Shown here: in pieces, positions 1 to 10,244 of the stretch | How the letters are laid out: each line of letters opens with the position of its first letter | Numbering within the stretch: position 1 is the first letter of the stretch | Assembly: GCA_965223865.1 (NCBI GenBank) | Contig: OZ245020.1 | Location: forward strand, 1,376,001-1,440,000 | Origin: Nitrosarchaeum sp. | GTDB taxonomy: Archaea > Thermoproteota > Nitrososphaeria > Nitrososphaerales > Nitrosopumilaceae | DNA: 64,000 nt | Direction of reading: 5' to 3' | Position numbers and translations under genes: made by a program | Notes under the pieces: model-generated | Database searches by the model: none | Told to the model about the DNA's origin: nothing | Seen by the model: only the letters and a program-made list of their open reading frames with translations

Positions 1-2
1 AG

Positions 3-65
3 GATGTCAAATTAGAAACATATGCAGTAGAGGCAAGAGATGATGGCATCTATGTAGACATCTAA
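3..65 (+). CDS. 3' end of a gene entering the window, probably a Rieske-type ferredoxin C-terminus
   Basis: Reads DVKLETYAVEARDDGIYVDI*, resembling the L-x-T-Y-x-V...D-G-x-I-Y-V-D tail of small Rieske proteins; only 20 aa visible. Confidence 0.5.
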   Translation, partial: DVKLETYAVEARDDGIYVDI

Positions 66-202
66 AAAATATAACAAAATCAATAATTGAAAAAATAATA
101 GTAGATTATTTTCAGAGTTCATAATAATTAAAAATAATTTATGATATATCTTAAAAATTTGTGACAGCTTACTGATTAATATTTTCAAGAGGAAGTAAAA
201 AC

Positions 203-358
203 ATGAAGAAACTTGCTCCAATTTCTGGAAAAGGAACTGAAAAAGTTTTGATTGGAAAAATCAATCAATTAATTCAACAAAACAATGAACAAAAAGAGGA
301 AATCAGACAAATCAAACAGAAACTACGTGTAAATGCCCATTTTGGGAGACGTAGTTAA
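203..358 (+). CDS. Small hypothetical coiled-coil protein (51 aa)
   Basis: Manually translated MKKLAPISGKGTEKVLIGKINQLIQQNNEQKEEIRQIKQKLRVNAHFGRRS*; followed by a T-run. Confidence 0.5.
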   Translation: MKKLAPISGKGTEKVLIGKINQLIQQNNEQKEEIRQIKQKLRVNAHFGRRS

Positions 359-527
359 AGCTTTTTTTTATGAGTAAATTGATCATCTTTTGATATTGTA
401 CTTTCAATTTTGAATTTCTCAAATTCACGGTGGTTTTTTGAATATATTTTTCATTAAGAATCTAGAAAATAAAATTGAGTTTTTGAAAAAACCTTTTATT
501 GTAAAAACGTCAAAATTAAACTCTACA

Positions 528-707
528 ATGGTTCTTCTATACACAGTAATTGGAGTAGTAACAACTGTAGTCATAATCTTACTTCGTTATTATCTTGCAG
601 AGCGAAAAAAAGGACCTAAAAATAATAAATTCTGTTTTAATTGCAATCAAAATTTTCCAAATAACTATAATATATGCCCCAAATGCGGCATACGTTTTGG
701 TTCATAG
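528..707 (+). CDS. Membrane-anchored zinc-ribbon microprotein
   Basis: N-terminal TM helix, then CFNC...CPKC; ATG 528 preferred over TTG 438. Confidence 0.7.
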   Translation: MVLLYTVIGVVTTVVIILLRYYLAERKKGPKNNKFCFNCNQNFPNNYNICPKCGIRFGS

Positions 708-742
708 TAAATTTTTTGTTGTTGTTTTAACAATGACGTGAA

Positions 743-1303
743 ATGTCTACTCAACCAATTAGAATTAGGCGAAGGACATGGTACCTTTTACCAATATTTT
801 TTCACATAATAGGTGGTGTAATAGCATATTTTGCCATACGAAATGATGATCCGCAAAAAGCAAAAAGATGTCTTTTTCTTGGAGTGACCCTTTTCGCGAT
901 AAATATTGCAATTGGTCTTGTAATTACTTCTTCTCTTTCCAGTCCAGATAATTTTTTTGGACAAATGAGTAAACAAAGTGAAATTGATATTATTATTCAA
1001 AATGATGAAATACAAATTTTGCTAAATGATCAAGCAAAGTTTCTGGCAGTAAAGTGGGATCCTATTGTAATTCCAAGGGATAAAATAGTAAGGATTCATG
1101 ATCAATTACCAAAACAAAGCAGCTCTGACCTGACAATTCCAGGTACTTATATTCCTAAAATTGTAAAAGCAGGTACTTACATCACAGAAGATGGGAGTAA
1201 AGAGTTTTGGTTTACAAAGAATAATGAAAACAACATAATTACAATAGAGCTTAAAAATCATGAATATGACCGGATAGTCTTAGAATCTAAAAAAACAATT
1301 TGA
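743..1303 (+). CDS. Two-TM membrane protein fused to a PH-like C-terminal domain
   Basis: N-terminus WYLLPIFFHIIGGVIAYFAIRNDDPQKAKRCLFLG is paralogous to 48226..48450; C-terminal IPGTYIP..AGTY..EFW..IEL..YDRIVL pattern. Confidence 0.65.
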   Translation: MSTQPIRIRRRTWYLLPIFFHIIGGVIAYFAIRNDDPQKAKRCLFLGVTLFAINIAIGLVITSSLSSPDNFFGQMSKQSEIDIIIQNDEIQILLNDQAKFLAVKWDPIVIPRDKIVRIHDQLPKQSSSDLTIPGTYIPKIVKAGTYITEDGSKEFWFTKNNENNIITIELKNHEYDRIVLESKKTI

Positions 1304-1445
1304 GTGTTGAGAAAATAAACAAAATAATTACATCAAAATAAAAAAATTTTTTTTAAGTGGGTTTTTTTGAAAAGTAAATATGCATATTTGTAAAAAATAA
1401 ATCCTTACGCTAAATTATTTCATAAAATGATAATAGTTTAGGTTT

Positions 1446-1979
1446 CTATCTTACTGTAACTTGTCCTACCCTCCAAGGATGAAGAGAGCAATAGTAGTGA
1501 TAAGTTCCTTCCTCATCGAAGGCATATGCAAATCTCTCTCCCGTTGCAAGAGGCGCACTATTAAACAATCCAATAATGTTTCCTTCTTCATCTAAACTTT
1601 GTACAGTATGAAGTACAGTGTCATCATTTACCCAAACAACAGTAGTTCCAGGAGATGTCTCAAGGTTTAATGGAATATAGAATCCAGTGTGTTCTATATT
1701 GGCATTTCCATTTGGTATTATTATTTCAGATGTCATTGCTTTATTGGAGGGTTCTGATTTTACTTCATCTGGACTTTCAATTACAATTACTTTATTTTCA
1801 ATGAGGAATTTTATTGCATTTAGAAACTCAGTTTCTGAAATATTTCCCTGACCATACCACAAAGCAGTGTTTTTTATCCATTCAGGAATATTCTGAGCTA
1901 AAACATCCTGATAAGTAACAGTGCCAAGAACTAAAACTGCCAATAATACTATGGAAAGAATTTTGTAATTATCATTCAT
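1446..1979 (-). CDS. Secreted cupredoxin (plastocyanin/azurin-like) with thaumarchaeal IPxWIKNxAxW domain
   Basis: Signal peptide; WVNDDTVLHTV and YYCSLHPW copper-ligand motifs. Confidence 0.85.
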   Translation of the reverse strand: MNDNYKILSIVLLAVLVLGTVTYQDVLAQNIPEWIKNTALWYGQGNISETEFLNAIKFLIENKVIVIESPDEVKSEPSNKAMTSEIIIPNGNANIEHTGFYIPLNLETSPGTTVVWVNDDTVLHTVQSLDEEGNIIGLFNSAPLATGERFAYAFDEEGTYHYYCSLHPWRVGQVTVR

Positions 1980-2262
1980 AATAATACTATAACATATTAT
2001 GCTTTAATAATCGGATATAATTATCAGACTTGATATCTTCTATCTAGAAGCATTATGGATATACAAGATTTTCAAAGGTATGATTTAAGAAAAATTGAAC
2101 GTTGAATTTTCTTTGTTTATTCAAGTATTTTTTGATTTTGAACATGTTAAAGATCTCTCAATAAGATCGTATTTAACAAAATTTTGAAACTATCTATTTT
2201 TGGAATATGCAACTTTTTGCATAATACTTAAAAATAAGGATACCTCTTGTTTTTCGACATTC

Positions 2263-2511
2263 ATGGCTGAAAAAAAAGCTGCAAAAAAGTCCATTGGAAA
2301 AAAAACCGACAGAAAAAAACCAACTAAAACAAAGGCAAAATCCACTAAAAAGTCCTCAAAAACTACAAAATCAAAAAAACCCAAAGTATTGCCTTCAGAT
2401 GATATGGGAATAGTAATAGTGGATGATGATATTACAATTGATCAGGAAAAAGTAAATGAAGAAAGAAGAGCATATCTAGAAGAAGCAAGATCTCAAGAAG
2501 CTTTTGATTAA
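2263..2511 (+). CDS. Lysine-rich hypothetical protein
   Basis: MAEKKAAKK... basic N-terminus, acidic C-terminus. Confidence 0.65.
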   Translation: MAEKKAAKKSIGKKTDRKKPTKTKAKSTKKSSKTTKSKKPKVLPSDDMGIVIVDDDITIDQEKVNEERRAYLEEARSQEAFD

Positions 2512-2547
2512 AGTAATCTTTATCCACTTTAACTTCATAAACTAATT

Positions 2548-2787
2548 ATGCGAGCATTATGTCTGATTACAGTAAAGCCAGGAAAAGTTGATAATGTTGT
2601 ACAAATTTTAAAAAAGAAACGCAAAGTCGTCAAAGATGTAATGGTTGTTACTGGACGAGCAGACATTAGCGTTATTTTACAAGGAAATATCGATGAGATT
2701 AACAACATAGTCATTGATTTTAAAAAAATCAAAGAAATTGTTACAACTGAGACATTAATTGAAGTGGAGGTTAATTTAGGATGGTAA
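2548..2787 (+). CDS. Stand-alone Lrp/AsnC ligand-binding (RAM) domain protein
   Basis: VTGRADISV...TTETLI RAM pattern; no HTH. Confidence 0.8.
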   Translation: MRALCLITVKPGKVDNVVQILKKKRKVVKDVMVVTGRADISVILQGNIDEINNIVIDFKKIKEIVTTETLIEVEVNLGW

Positions 2788-2999
2788 GAGCCATTGTTTT
2801 GGTAAAATCTCCAAAGAAATTGATTGCAGCACGACTAAGAAAAGTTAATTCTATCTCGGATTCCTTTCCAACAAGTGGACAGTTTGATGCTGTAGCCATA
2901 ATTGAAGTAGAAGAATTGGGAAAAATCCTCGAAATTACCAACCAAATTCAAAAGATCAACGGTGTAGAAAGAACCGAAACTATGGTTGAGGTTCAATGA
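2781..2999 (+). CDS. Stand-alone Lrp/AsnC ligand-binding (RAM) domain protein
   Basis: TSGQFDAVAIIE...GVERTETM pattern; overlaps the previous gene. Confidence 0.8.
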   Translation: MVRAIVLVKSPKKLIAARLRKVNSISDSFPTSGQFDAVAIIEVEELGKILEITNQIQKINGVERTETMVEVQ

Positions 3000-3033
3000 C
3001 AAAGTTTTTACGTACTTGAACGGAAGATAAATC

Positions 3034-3447
3034 GTGAACGTTAAAAAAGTCGGAAACGTTATTTTGGCTGTTAAAGACATCGACAAATCTGTAGCGTTTT
3101 ACCATGATCTTATTGGTCTTCCTATAAAGAATCAAAGAAGATCTTGGGTAGATTTAGGAACATCTGGAGGTTTATTGAGTCTACATCCTGCCTCGTTGAC
3201 AGCAGAGCACATAGGTAGCTCTATTGATAATGGAATTTCAATTGGATTTCTTGTTGGAGATGTGAAATCTGCCGTTGAGGAATTAAAATCAAAAGGAGTT
3301 AAAGTCTACCGAGATATTGTAGAACGAGAAGCTGGTAAAAATGCAATCGTTTTAGATCCAGATGAATATATGGTATCATTATTTGAGCCAAACTTTGCAG
3401 ACAAAGATCAACAGACAGGTGGATATCAAGGATTTACACCAGCTTAG
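3034..3447 (+). CDS. VOC/glyoxalase family protein
   Basis: VILAVKDIDKSVAFYHDLIGL and DPDEYMVSLFE motifs. Confidence 0.85.
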   Translation: MNVKKVGNVILAVKDIDKSVAFYHDLIGLPIKNQRRSWVDLGTSGGLLSLHPASLTAEHIGSSIDNGISIGFLVGDVKSAVEELKSKGVKVYRDIVEREAGKNAIVLDPDEYMVSLFEPNFADKDQQTGGYQGFTPA

Positions 3448-3830
3448 ATTGTCTTTTTAATAGATGAGATAATCTTGTCTATACTTTTTTCTTTTCTATC
3501 TATTGAAATGTAATATGTTACATCATTTTTTTGGAAAATCATAATTGATACCTTTTGATGTTGAAGTAAAACATAATCAAGTTTTCCTACTGCACTTGCA
3601 GTATCTTTTCGAAGTGTCATCAGAGTAGAGATTATGAAAAACTCATTTTTTATTTGTTCTGATTTTAAAAGAGGCTTTACATTTGGTCTAACAATCCCAG
3701 TCAGTGTCCTTCCATAATTATTTACAACCCCTGCATATCTGATACTTTTTGATAATTCAATTATTTTTTGACATTTTTTCCTATACTGTACAATTTGTTC
3801 TTTCCATTTTTCTGAAGGAGTTTTCACCAT
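3444..3830 (-). CDS. Thaumarchaeal roadblock/profilin-like (DUF6659-type) protein
   Basis: IRYAGVVNNYGR...VGKLDYVLL pattern. Confidence 0.65.
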   Translation of the reverse strand: MVKTPSEKWKEQIVQYRKKCQKIIELSKSIRYAGVVNNYGRTLTGIVRPNVKPLLKSEQIKNEFFIISTLMTLRKDTASAVGKLDYVLLQHQKVSIMIFQKNDVTYYISIDRKEKSIDKIISSIKKTI

Positions 3831-3909
3831 GATAAAAACTAGAGTCGCAAATTAATAAGGATTCTTACCATTTTTAGAAAAATTTTTTGAAAAATATAAT
3901 GTCAAAATA

Positions 3910-4293
3910 CTAGTTTGGTTTTGTTTTTTCTAATTTTTTCTTTAACTCTAAGTTTTCTTTTAAAAGTTTGTCTTTTTCTGCTTTTAATGTTTCAACAGAA
4001 TTTTGTCTGCTAAACAATGGATGACCTGGTGGAACAATTCCTGAAGAATTCATGTTCATTAGACCTGAAGCATATTGTTGATACATATGTTGGAATCCTT
4101 CAATTTTTTTATTTATCGACTCGGAATTATTTGCAAATTTTTCTTTCATTGGATTTTCATATATTTTGAACATGGGATAAGACAACCCTGGTGGCAATCT
4201 AGGAAATTGAAATGCAAGGTGAGGTATATTGGGATTTAATCCATAAAGGTCTCTGAGTTGTTTTATTGCCAAATCTTCCATAGATTTATTCAA
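3910..4293 (-). CDS. Hypothetical protein with C-terminal coiled coil
   Basis: 127-aa ORF with PPGHP motif. Confidence 0.6.
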   Translation of the reverse strand: MNKSMEDLAIKQLRDLYGLNPNIPHLAFQFPRLPPGLSYPMFKIYENPMKEKFANNSESINKKIEGFQHMYQQYASGLMNMNSSGIVPPGHPLFSRQNSVETLKAEKDKLLKENLELKKKLEKTKPN

Positions 4294-4419
4294 TTCTTGC
4301 TATATTTTTGCCTTGTCTTTAGGCGTTTGATATAATACATTGTTAATTTCTAGTCATTTTTGCTCAATTTGAGCTGATCGCAGATCCTTATAGTTTCCCA
4401 ATTTTGATCGCAGTTACAC

Positions 4420-4566
4420 ATGACACAATCAACAAAGACCTGCATAAAATGTAAGAAAACAATTGAAAATGAGGATCTACATAAAATTGTGATTTATGTG
4501 GTACAGGAAAAATTCACAGAACACCATTATGAACATGTGGAATGTCCTGGAAAATTTACTGTTTAG
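4420..4566 (+). CDS. Zinc-finger microprotein (CxxC...HxxC, 48 aa)
   Basis: MTQSTKTCIKCKKTIENEDLHKIVIYVVQEKFTEHHYEHVECPGKFTV*; convergent with the cyclase. Confidence 0.65.
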   Translation: MTQSTKTCIKCKKTIENEDLHKIVIYVVQEKFTEHHYEHVECPGKFTV

Positions 4567-5381
4567 CCTTTGAATTCATATACTTTGTATATTTCACCGG
4601 TCAGTCTTGAACGATATTTCCACTCATTGTTTTTCCAAAGTATTTCTTTGAAATCTTTTTGAGTTGTTGGATGTAATTTTTTGAAAACATCATCACCAAT
4701 TAGAATTTGATTTGTTTTGGCTTGAGATTGAATTTTAGATGCAATATTCATACATGGTCCCATTAAATCTACATGAGATGCTTCTGGATTGGAGCCATAT
4801 CTTACAACTATACTATGGCCAAAATCCAAACCAATCTTTACCATCAAATCAGGATAATCGTACTGATTTAATATTGGGTTGATTCCTTTTTGAATTACAG
4901 TAAGCATGGACTTTGCACATGTGACTGCATTATCAGCTGCCAATAAGGGATTATCAGATGCAATAAAATATCCAATTACTGCATCACCTACGAATTTTAA
5001 CACATATCCTTTATGATGTCGAATGACCGATGCCATTTCTTGTGAAAATGAGCTGATTATTATTGCAAGTTTTTCTTCTGGTAATTCTAGGGTCATGGTA
5101 GTTGATCCTACTAAGTCAACATATAGAACAACCATATCAATTTTGGAAAAAACATTTTTTCTGAGAAATTTTTCAGATTCGTTTGTTATTCCAGTGTATT
5201 CATATCCTTTCTTTAATGCCCCCCATACTCTTTTTTGAGTTTCTAGAATCATTGTTTCTGAATCTACTATCTTCTCATGTTTTTGGCTAAGTAGCATATC
5301 TACAACATTTGGGTTGGAGGTAGAATCTAAAGGATTTCCATTTTTTGTGTTTTGAGAGTCCTTATCAATATTTTCTGACAT
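4563..5381 (-). CDS. Class III adenylate/guanylate cyclase
   Basis: YVDLVGST, LKFVGDAV and DLMGPCMNIASKIQ motifs; K/D residues suggest ATP specificity. Confidence 0.9.
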   Translation of the reverse strand: MSENIDKDSQNTKNGNPLDSTSNPNVVDMLLSQKHEKIVDSETMILETQKRVWGALKKGYEYTGITNESEKFLRKNVFSKIDMVVLYVDLVGSTTMTLELPEEKLAIIISSFSQEMASVIRHHKGYVLKFVGDAVIGYFIASDNPLLAADNAVTCAKSMLTVIQKGINPILNQYDYPDLMVKIGLDFGHSIVVRYGSNPEASHVDLMGPCMNIASKIQSQAKTNQILIGDDVFKKLHPTTQKDFKEILWKNNEWKYRSRLTGEIYKVYEFKG

Positions 5382-5588
5382 TTGTTGTTACTCCAATAGA
5401 AAGTCTACTTTGGAGACAAGGCACATTCCCCTATGTCCCTTATAACCCTCATTATAATACTGAGAGATTACAGAATTGCAATTATTACACAAAATTTCCT
5501 CATCTTCCATGTCTAAAATGAACTAAATTTTGTATTTAAGGTATTCAGGATGCAAGGTTTAAGGAGAGTAAAATTTGGGTAATATTTA

Positions 5589-6425
5589 GTGAGATTAGGT
5601 TCTAGATCCTCAAACGAGTTTATCCAAATTCTTAACAAAAAAAATGAAGAGATTCAACAGTCATTTCTTGCAAAAATTACTGACCTTACGAAAATGGTTG
5701 AAGTGCAAGTCATGATGGGAGACTCTACAGTTACTACACAGAAAACATTTGATCCAGTATTGATTAGTAATTTCTTCAAAAAAATAACTCAAGATTTGAA
5801 AGAATGGTCAATTCAAGAAGTTTCAATTTCAAACAATGAAGATATTAGACGAATTTTTACAAAATTTGAAATTATGGAAGGAAATTATTTGATATCAGGA
5901 CATCTTTCCTTGCAGTTTCATGTGTTGTTATATTATAAACCAGATCAGAGAGTTATTGATTGTCAAAAAGAATTATCAGAGATTATGGACTTGACCAAAA
6001 GTAGTGAGCAGCAAATATCCAATAATAGTGATCAGTTTGTATTAAACAAACTAAAAGAGATGGGATACAAAGATTTTGATCATCAAAAATTATTTGAAAT
6101 TTTTTATGAGAATGATGAGTTTAGAGAAAAAGTTTTCAAAGAAATAGAAGAAAATGCAGAAGTTGACTTTAAGGCTTTATCGGAAAAAAAAATGAAATTG
6201 TTTAATGAGCTTGATACTTTACTAATAGAAACATATCAGACAACTCCCGTTTTAATTGATGATACAAGATTAGTTACTGGAGAAGAAGGCGGATTATGCA
6301 CTTTTGATATTGAATTTGTAAAACATAAAACAAAAGAAGGATTATTTGACCCTCGAAAAATGTCAAATTCAGCTAAAGAAAACATAATCAAACGTTTAGA
6401 TGAACTTTATGAATCAATAAAATAA
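5589..6425 (+). CDS. Hypothetical protein
   Basis: 278-aa ORF with no recognised motif. Confidence 0.7.
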   Translation: MRLGSRSSNEFIQILNKKNEEIQQSFLAKITDLTKMVEVQVMMGDSTVTTQKTFDPVLISNFFKKITQDLKEWSIQEVSISNNEDIRRIFTKFEIMEGNYLISGHLSLQFHVLLYYKPDQRVIDCQKELSEIMDLTKSSEQQISNNSDQFVLNKLKEMGYKDFDHQKLFEIFYENDEFREKVFKEIEENAEVDFKALSEKKMKLFNELDTLLIETYQTTPVLIDDTRLVTGEEGGLCTFDIEFVKHKTKEGLFDPRKMSNSAKENIIKRLDELYESIK

Positions 6426-6612
6426 TTATTCTAAACTATATTTTGACAGATTAAAATCCTAGGATATTACGTAGAAATGACTAATTCCCAAATACTTTGA
6501 AATATCACATAAAATTATTTTGAATAGTTTGGAAAAATACGCATAAAATTTAGAATCTATTCTAATTGTAAAAAGGAAGAAGTCAAATATGTCAGTCATG
6601 AGGGGATTTCAA

Positions 6613-7821
6613 ATGTATCCAACATATGATGACATACTCAAAGCACAGTCTATGCAAGGTAAGGAAATAAGAAAAACAGCGTTATTGCACTCTCCTACAT
6701 TTAGTGATCTTACAGAATCTGAAATGTACCTTAAAGCTGAATTTCAGCAAAAAACAGGTTCTTTCAAAATTCGTGGTGCATACTATAAAATAAAATCTCT
6801 TTCACCTGATGAAAAAAAACGAGGAGTAGTTGCCGCATCAGCTGGAAATCATGCACAAGGTGTTGCTTTCGCATCGTCTCTTGAAAAAATTCCATGTACT
6901 ATTGTAATGCCAAAAAATGCATCTCCGGCTAAAGTTGCAGCAACAAAAGGATATGGTGCAAATGTTATTTTAGAAGGGACAAATTATGATGAGTCTTCCT
7001 CTAAGGCAAAGGAAATTGCTAGGGAAACCGGAGCAATAATGATTCATGCATTTGATGATCCACAGATAATTGCAGCACAAGGAGTGATAGGTTTGGAGAT
7101 ATTAGATGACTTGCCAGATGTGGATGAAATTTATGTTCCAATCGGAGGAGGAGGATTGGCTGCAGGAACCTTGATTGCAGTAAAAGAAAAAAATCCAAAT
7201 GTCAAAGTTATAGGTGTTCAATCCAGATCCTTTCCTTCAATGTTTGAGTCGCTTAAAGAAGGCAAGATAACTGCCAGTGGTGGTGCAAGAACAATTGCAG
7301 ATGGTATTTCGGTAAAACTACCAGGGCAGTTGACATTTGCAGTAATTCAAGATTTAATTGACGATGTTGTTTTAGTGGAAGATACAGATATCACCAAAGC
7401 AATGTTTTTGCTTATGGAAAGAATGAAATTTGTTGTAGAACCTGCAGGAGCTGCAAGTTTGGCATATTTGATATCTAATAAACCATCTCCAGGAAAGAAA
7501 GTAGTGGCAGTTCTTGCAGGAGGTAATGTGGATATGTACCTGCTTGGTCAAATTGTGGACAAAGGTCTTGCTGCAATGGGAAGACTTCTTAAACTATCAA
7601 TATTACTACCAGATAGACCTGGAGCATTCAAATCTATTGTAGATGAGATAAGTGCAGCAAATGCGAACATTGTAGAAGTAGTTCACGATAGACTTAGCTC
7701 AAACATTAATGCAGGCTCAGCAGGGGTCACATTAAGTCTGGAGACTCAGGGAAAAGAGCAAGCAGAAAAACTAATTGAAAAGCTAAGACAAAATAATATT
7801 CAATTTACCCTACTTACGTAG
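6613..7821 (+). CDS. ilvA: Threonine ammonia-lyase with C-terminal ACT domain
   Basis: KAEFQQKTGSFKIRGA, SAGNHAQG, PIGGGGL motifs; LPDRPG ACT domain. Confidence 0.95.
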   Translation: MYPTYDDILKAQSMQGKEIRKTALLHSPTFSDLTESEMYLKAEFQQKTGSFKIRGAYYKIKSLSPDEKKRGVVAASAGNHAQGVAFASSLEKIPCTIVMPKNASPAKVAATKGYGANVILEGTNYDESSSKAKEIARETGAIMIHAFDDPQIIAAQGVIGLEILDDLPDVDEIYVPIGGGGLAAGTLIAVKEKNPNVKVIGVQSRSFPSMFESLKEGKITASGGARTIADGISVKLPGQLTFAVIQDLIDDVVLVEDTDITKAMFLLMERMKFVVEPAGAASLAYLISNKPSPGKKVVAVLAGGNVDMYLLGQIVDKGLAAMGRLLKLSILLPDRPGAFKSIVDEISAANANIVEVVHDRLSSNINAGSAGVTLSLETQGKEQAEKLIEKLRQNNIQFTLLT

Positions 7822-8398
7822 CCTGTTTGAATTTCTTTGAAACAAACTTTGAGAGGCCTTCTTTTTTCATTTGTTCTGATTCTTTTACAACTGAATTATG
7901 TTGAATGGATTTGTGTTGTATGAGTTTCTTTTTTAATTCAGGAAATTCATTTGCTAAAATTTTCATAGCATAGATTCCTGCGTTTCCAGCTTTGTTTACA
8001 CCAACTGCAACAACTGGAGAACCAGTAGGCATTTCAGATATAGACAAAAGAGAATCCAATCCTCCAAATGCAGAAAATTTTGTATTGTCTGTTTTTTTTG
8101 TTTGTTTATCGTTGTATACTAGAATTGGAACTCCTATTACAGGAATCACTGTGTGAGATGCAATCATTCCTGGAAGATGAGCAGCTCCGCCAGCACCTGC
8201 AATTATTACTTTGAATCCTTTTTTTTGAGCATATTCTGCATATTCTACTAATCTGGTTGGTGTTCGATGTGCAGAAACAATTTGATCCTCATGTTTTACA
8301 TTAAATTCATCTAAAACTACTGCTGCTTCTTTCATAATTCTACTATCCGAACTAGAACCCATAATGATCCCAATCAAAGGTTTTTTTGTATAATCCAC
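7814..8398 (-). CDS. purE: N5-CAIR mutase
   Basis: IMGSSSD, SAHRTP and AGAGGAAHLPGMIA motifs. Confidence 0.97.
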   Translation of the reverse strand: MDYTKKPLIGIIMGSSSDSRIMKEAAVVLDEFNVKHEDQIVSAHRTPTRLVEYAEYAQKKGFKVIIAGAGGAAHLPGMIASHTVIPVIGVPILVYNDKQTKKTDNTKFSAFGGLDSLLSISEMPTGSPVVAVGVNKAGNAGIYAMKILANEFPELKKKLIQHKSIQHNSVVKESEQMKKEGLSKFVSKKFKQAT

Positions 8399-8505
8399 AA
8401 TATTTTACAGATATTGTAACTTATTATTTATAATGAATGAAAAAAAGACGACAATTAATACAAATCATCATTAGCTATTTTTAATCCCAAATTATTGCAA
8501 TTACT

Positions 8506-9651
8506 ATGCAAAAAGTTCTTGGAATAATTGGAGGAGGACAACTGGGAATGATGATTACAGAATCTGCAAAAAAAATGCCAGAATACATATCAAAAATTAT
8601 TGTATTGGATCCTACCAAGAATTGCCCAGCAGCACAAGTTGGTGCAGAACAAATTGTGGGAGATTTCAAAAACAAAGAAGCCATCATAGAACTAGCTGAG
8701 AAATCCGACATTATTACATACGAAATTGAGTCAGGAGATAGCGACGTTCTAAAATCAGTAGAAGACAAGGCAAAAATTGAGCCTTCACCAGAAACATTAC
8801 GAATAATTCAAGATAAATTCTTGCAAAAATCCTTTTTACAAGAAAATAACATTCCGGTTCCTGAATTTATTGAAATTTCATCAATATCAGACTTACAACA
8901 AGATTTGGAAAAATTTGGATACCCTGTTCTTCTCAAAGCAAGAAGGGATGCCTACGATGGAAGGGGAAATTTCAAGATAGATTCTGATGATCAAATCAAA
9001 AAAGCATTTGATTATTTTGCTGGTAAAAAATTGATGCTTGAAAAGTTTGTTCCATTTAAAATGGAGGTATCTGTAATTGCTATCAGAAACACGAGAGGTC
9101 AAATCAAAACTTTTCCTTTAGTAGAGAATATTCATGAAGAAAATATTCTAAGACAAACAATTGCACCTGCAAGAGTTTCTGAAGAAGTTGCAAAAAAGGC
9201 AGAAGAAATTGCAAATAATACAATGAAAGTGCTAAAAGGTGCAGGAGTTTTTGGAATAGAAATGTTTGTTACTCAAGATGATGAAATTTTAATTAATGAA
9301 ATTGCTCCAAGAGTACATAATTCTGGTCACCACACATTACAATCAAGTGAGACATCTCAATTTGAACAACATCTAAGAGCAATTTTAGGTCTTGATCTTG
9401 GAAGTACAAAATTAATTCATCCTACAATAATGTACAACATTTTAGGATCAAAATCATTTGAAGGAAAATACCAACCAATAGTTCTTTCAGAACAAAACGT
9501 ATTTCTGAAAATGTATGGAAAAGAAATTTCAAAACCTCAAAGAAAACTAGGACATTTTAACCTGACTGCAAAAAATGAAGAAACAATAGAAGAACTTCTA
9601 GAAAAACTGGGACCTCTAAAAGAAAAAGTGATCACAGAGCCTCTTACCTAG
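8506..9651 (+). CDS. purK: N5-CAIR synthetase
   Basis: GGGQLGMM, AYDGRGN and NEIAPRVHNSGH motifs. Confidence 0.97.
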   Translation: MQKVLGIIGGGQLGMMITESAKKMPEYISKIIVLDPTKNCPAAQVGAEQIVGDFKNKEAIIELAEKSDIITYEIESGDSDVLKSVEDKAKIEPSPETLRIIQDKFLQKSFLQENNIPVPEFIEISSISDLQQDLEKFGYPVLLKARRDAYDGRGNFKIDSDDQIKKAFDYFAGKKLMLEKFVPFKMEVSVIAIRNTRGQIKTFPLVENIHEENILRQTIAPARVSEEVAKKAEEIANNTMKVLKGAGVFGIEMFVTQDDEILINEIAPRVHNSGHHTLQSSETSQFEQHLRAILGLDLGSTKLIHPTIMYNILGSKSFEGKYQPIVLSEQNVFLKMYGKEISKPQRKLGHFNLTAKNEETIEELLEKLGPLKEKVITEPLT

Positions 9652-9722
9652 CCATAATTTACAAAATTCTAGTGTCAAGGCATCCTAATAGGTTTATTAA
9701 TTAATTGTAAAGTACTCCAAAC

Positions 9723-10109
9723 ATGGTATCTATTCCACATGTATTGTCTGGGATTTCAATAATCCTTTTGGTGATTTATGGCGTTGATGTAATGGTCGGC
9801 GGCGGAGGTGCAGGAGATGGCTTTTTACCATTTGATGCAATGACACGTGGGATAGGATTTGGAATGCCTCCAATAATTTTATCATTTATTGCATTTTTCA
9901 TGTCTAAAAAACCTCCTTTCAAAGGATTAGGAATAATGCTCATCATAACAGGTGTGTTGATCATAATAGGCGGTGGTATATCTGTTGCAAGTGCAGGAGA
10001 AACAGAAAATGCTGCCAGAATGGCAGGAGAAGGTGGTGGCCTAATAGCAGTTGGAGCAATCATTACTGCATTAGGCGGAATAAAGATAAAAAAATCCCTT
10101 ACCGCATAA
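9723..10109 (+). CDS. Four-TM hypothetical membrane protein
   Basis: Hydrophobic, Gly-rich helices. Confidence 0.7.
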   Translation: MVSIPHVLSGISIILLVIYGVDVMVGGGGAGDGFLPFDAMTRGIGFGMPPIILSFIAFFMSKKPPFKGLGIMLIITGVLIIIGGGISVASAGETENAARMAGEGGGLIAVGAIITALGGIKIKKSLTA

Positions 10110-10115
10110 CAGCAT

Positions 10116-10244
10116 ATGCCCATTTGTGCAAAATGTAACAATCAAGTTCCAAAAGTATACGATTGTGATCATACTGATTTTGAGGAATTTTGTAAAGAGT
10201 GCTATACTGAACTTCATTACTATCTGACGGAAGAAAATAGTTGA
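10116..10244 (+). CDS. Zinc-finger microprotein (42 aa)
   Basis: MPICAKCNNQVPKVYDCDHTDFEEFCKECYTELHYYLTEENS*; starts 6 nt after the upstream stop. Confidence 0.7.
   Translation: MPICAKCNNQVPKVYDCDHTDFEEFCKECYTELHYYLTEENS

Noticed and set aside
4374-4413. Direct repeat TGATCGCAG x2 between divergent genes
   Set aside because: Only two short copies; too little to call a site.
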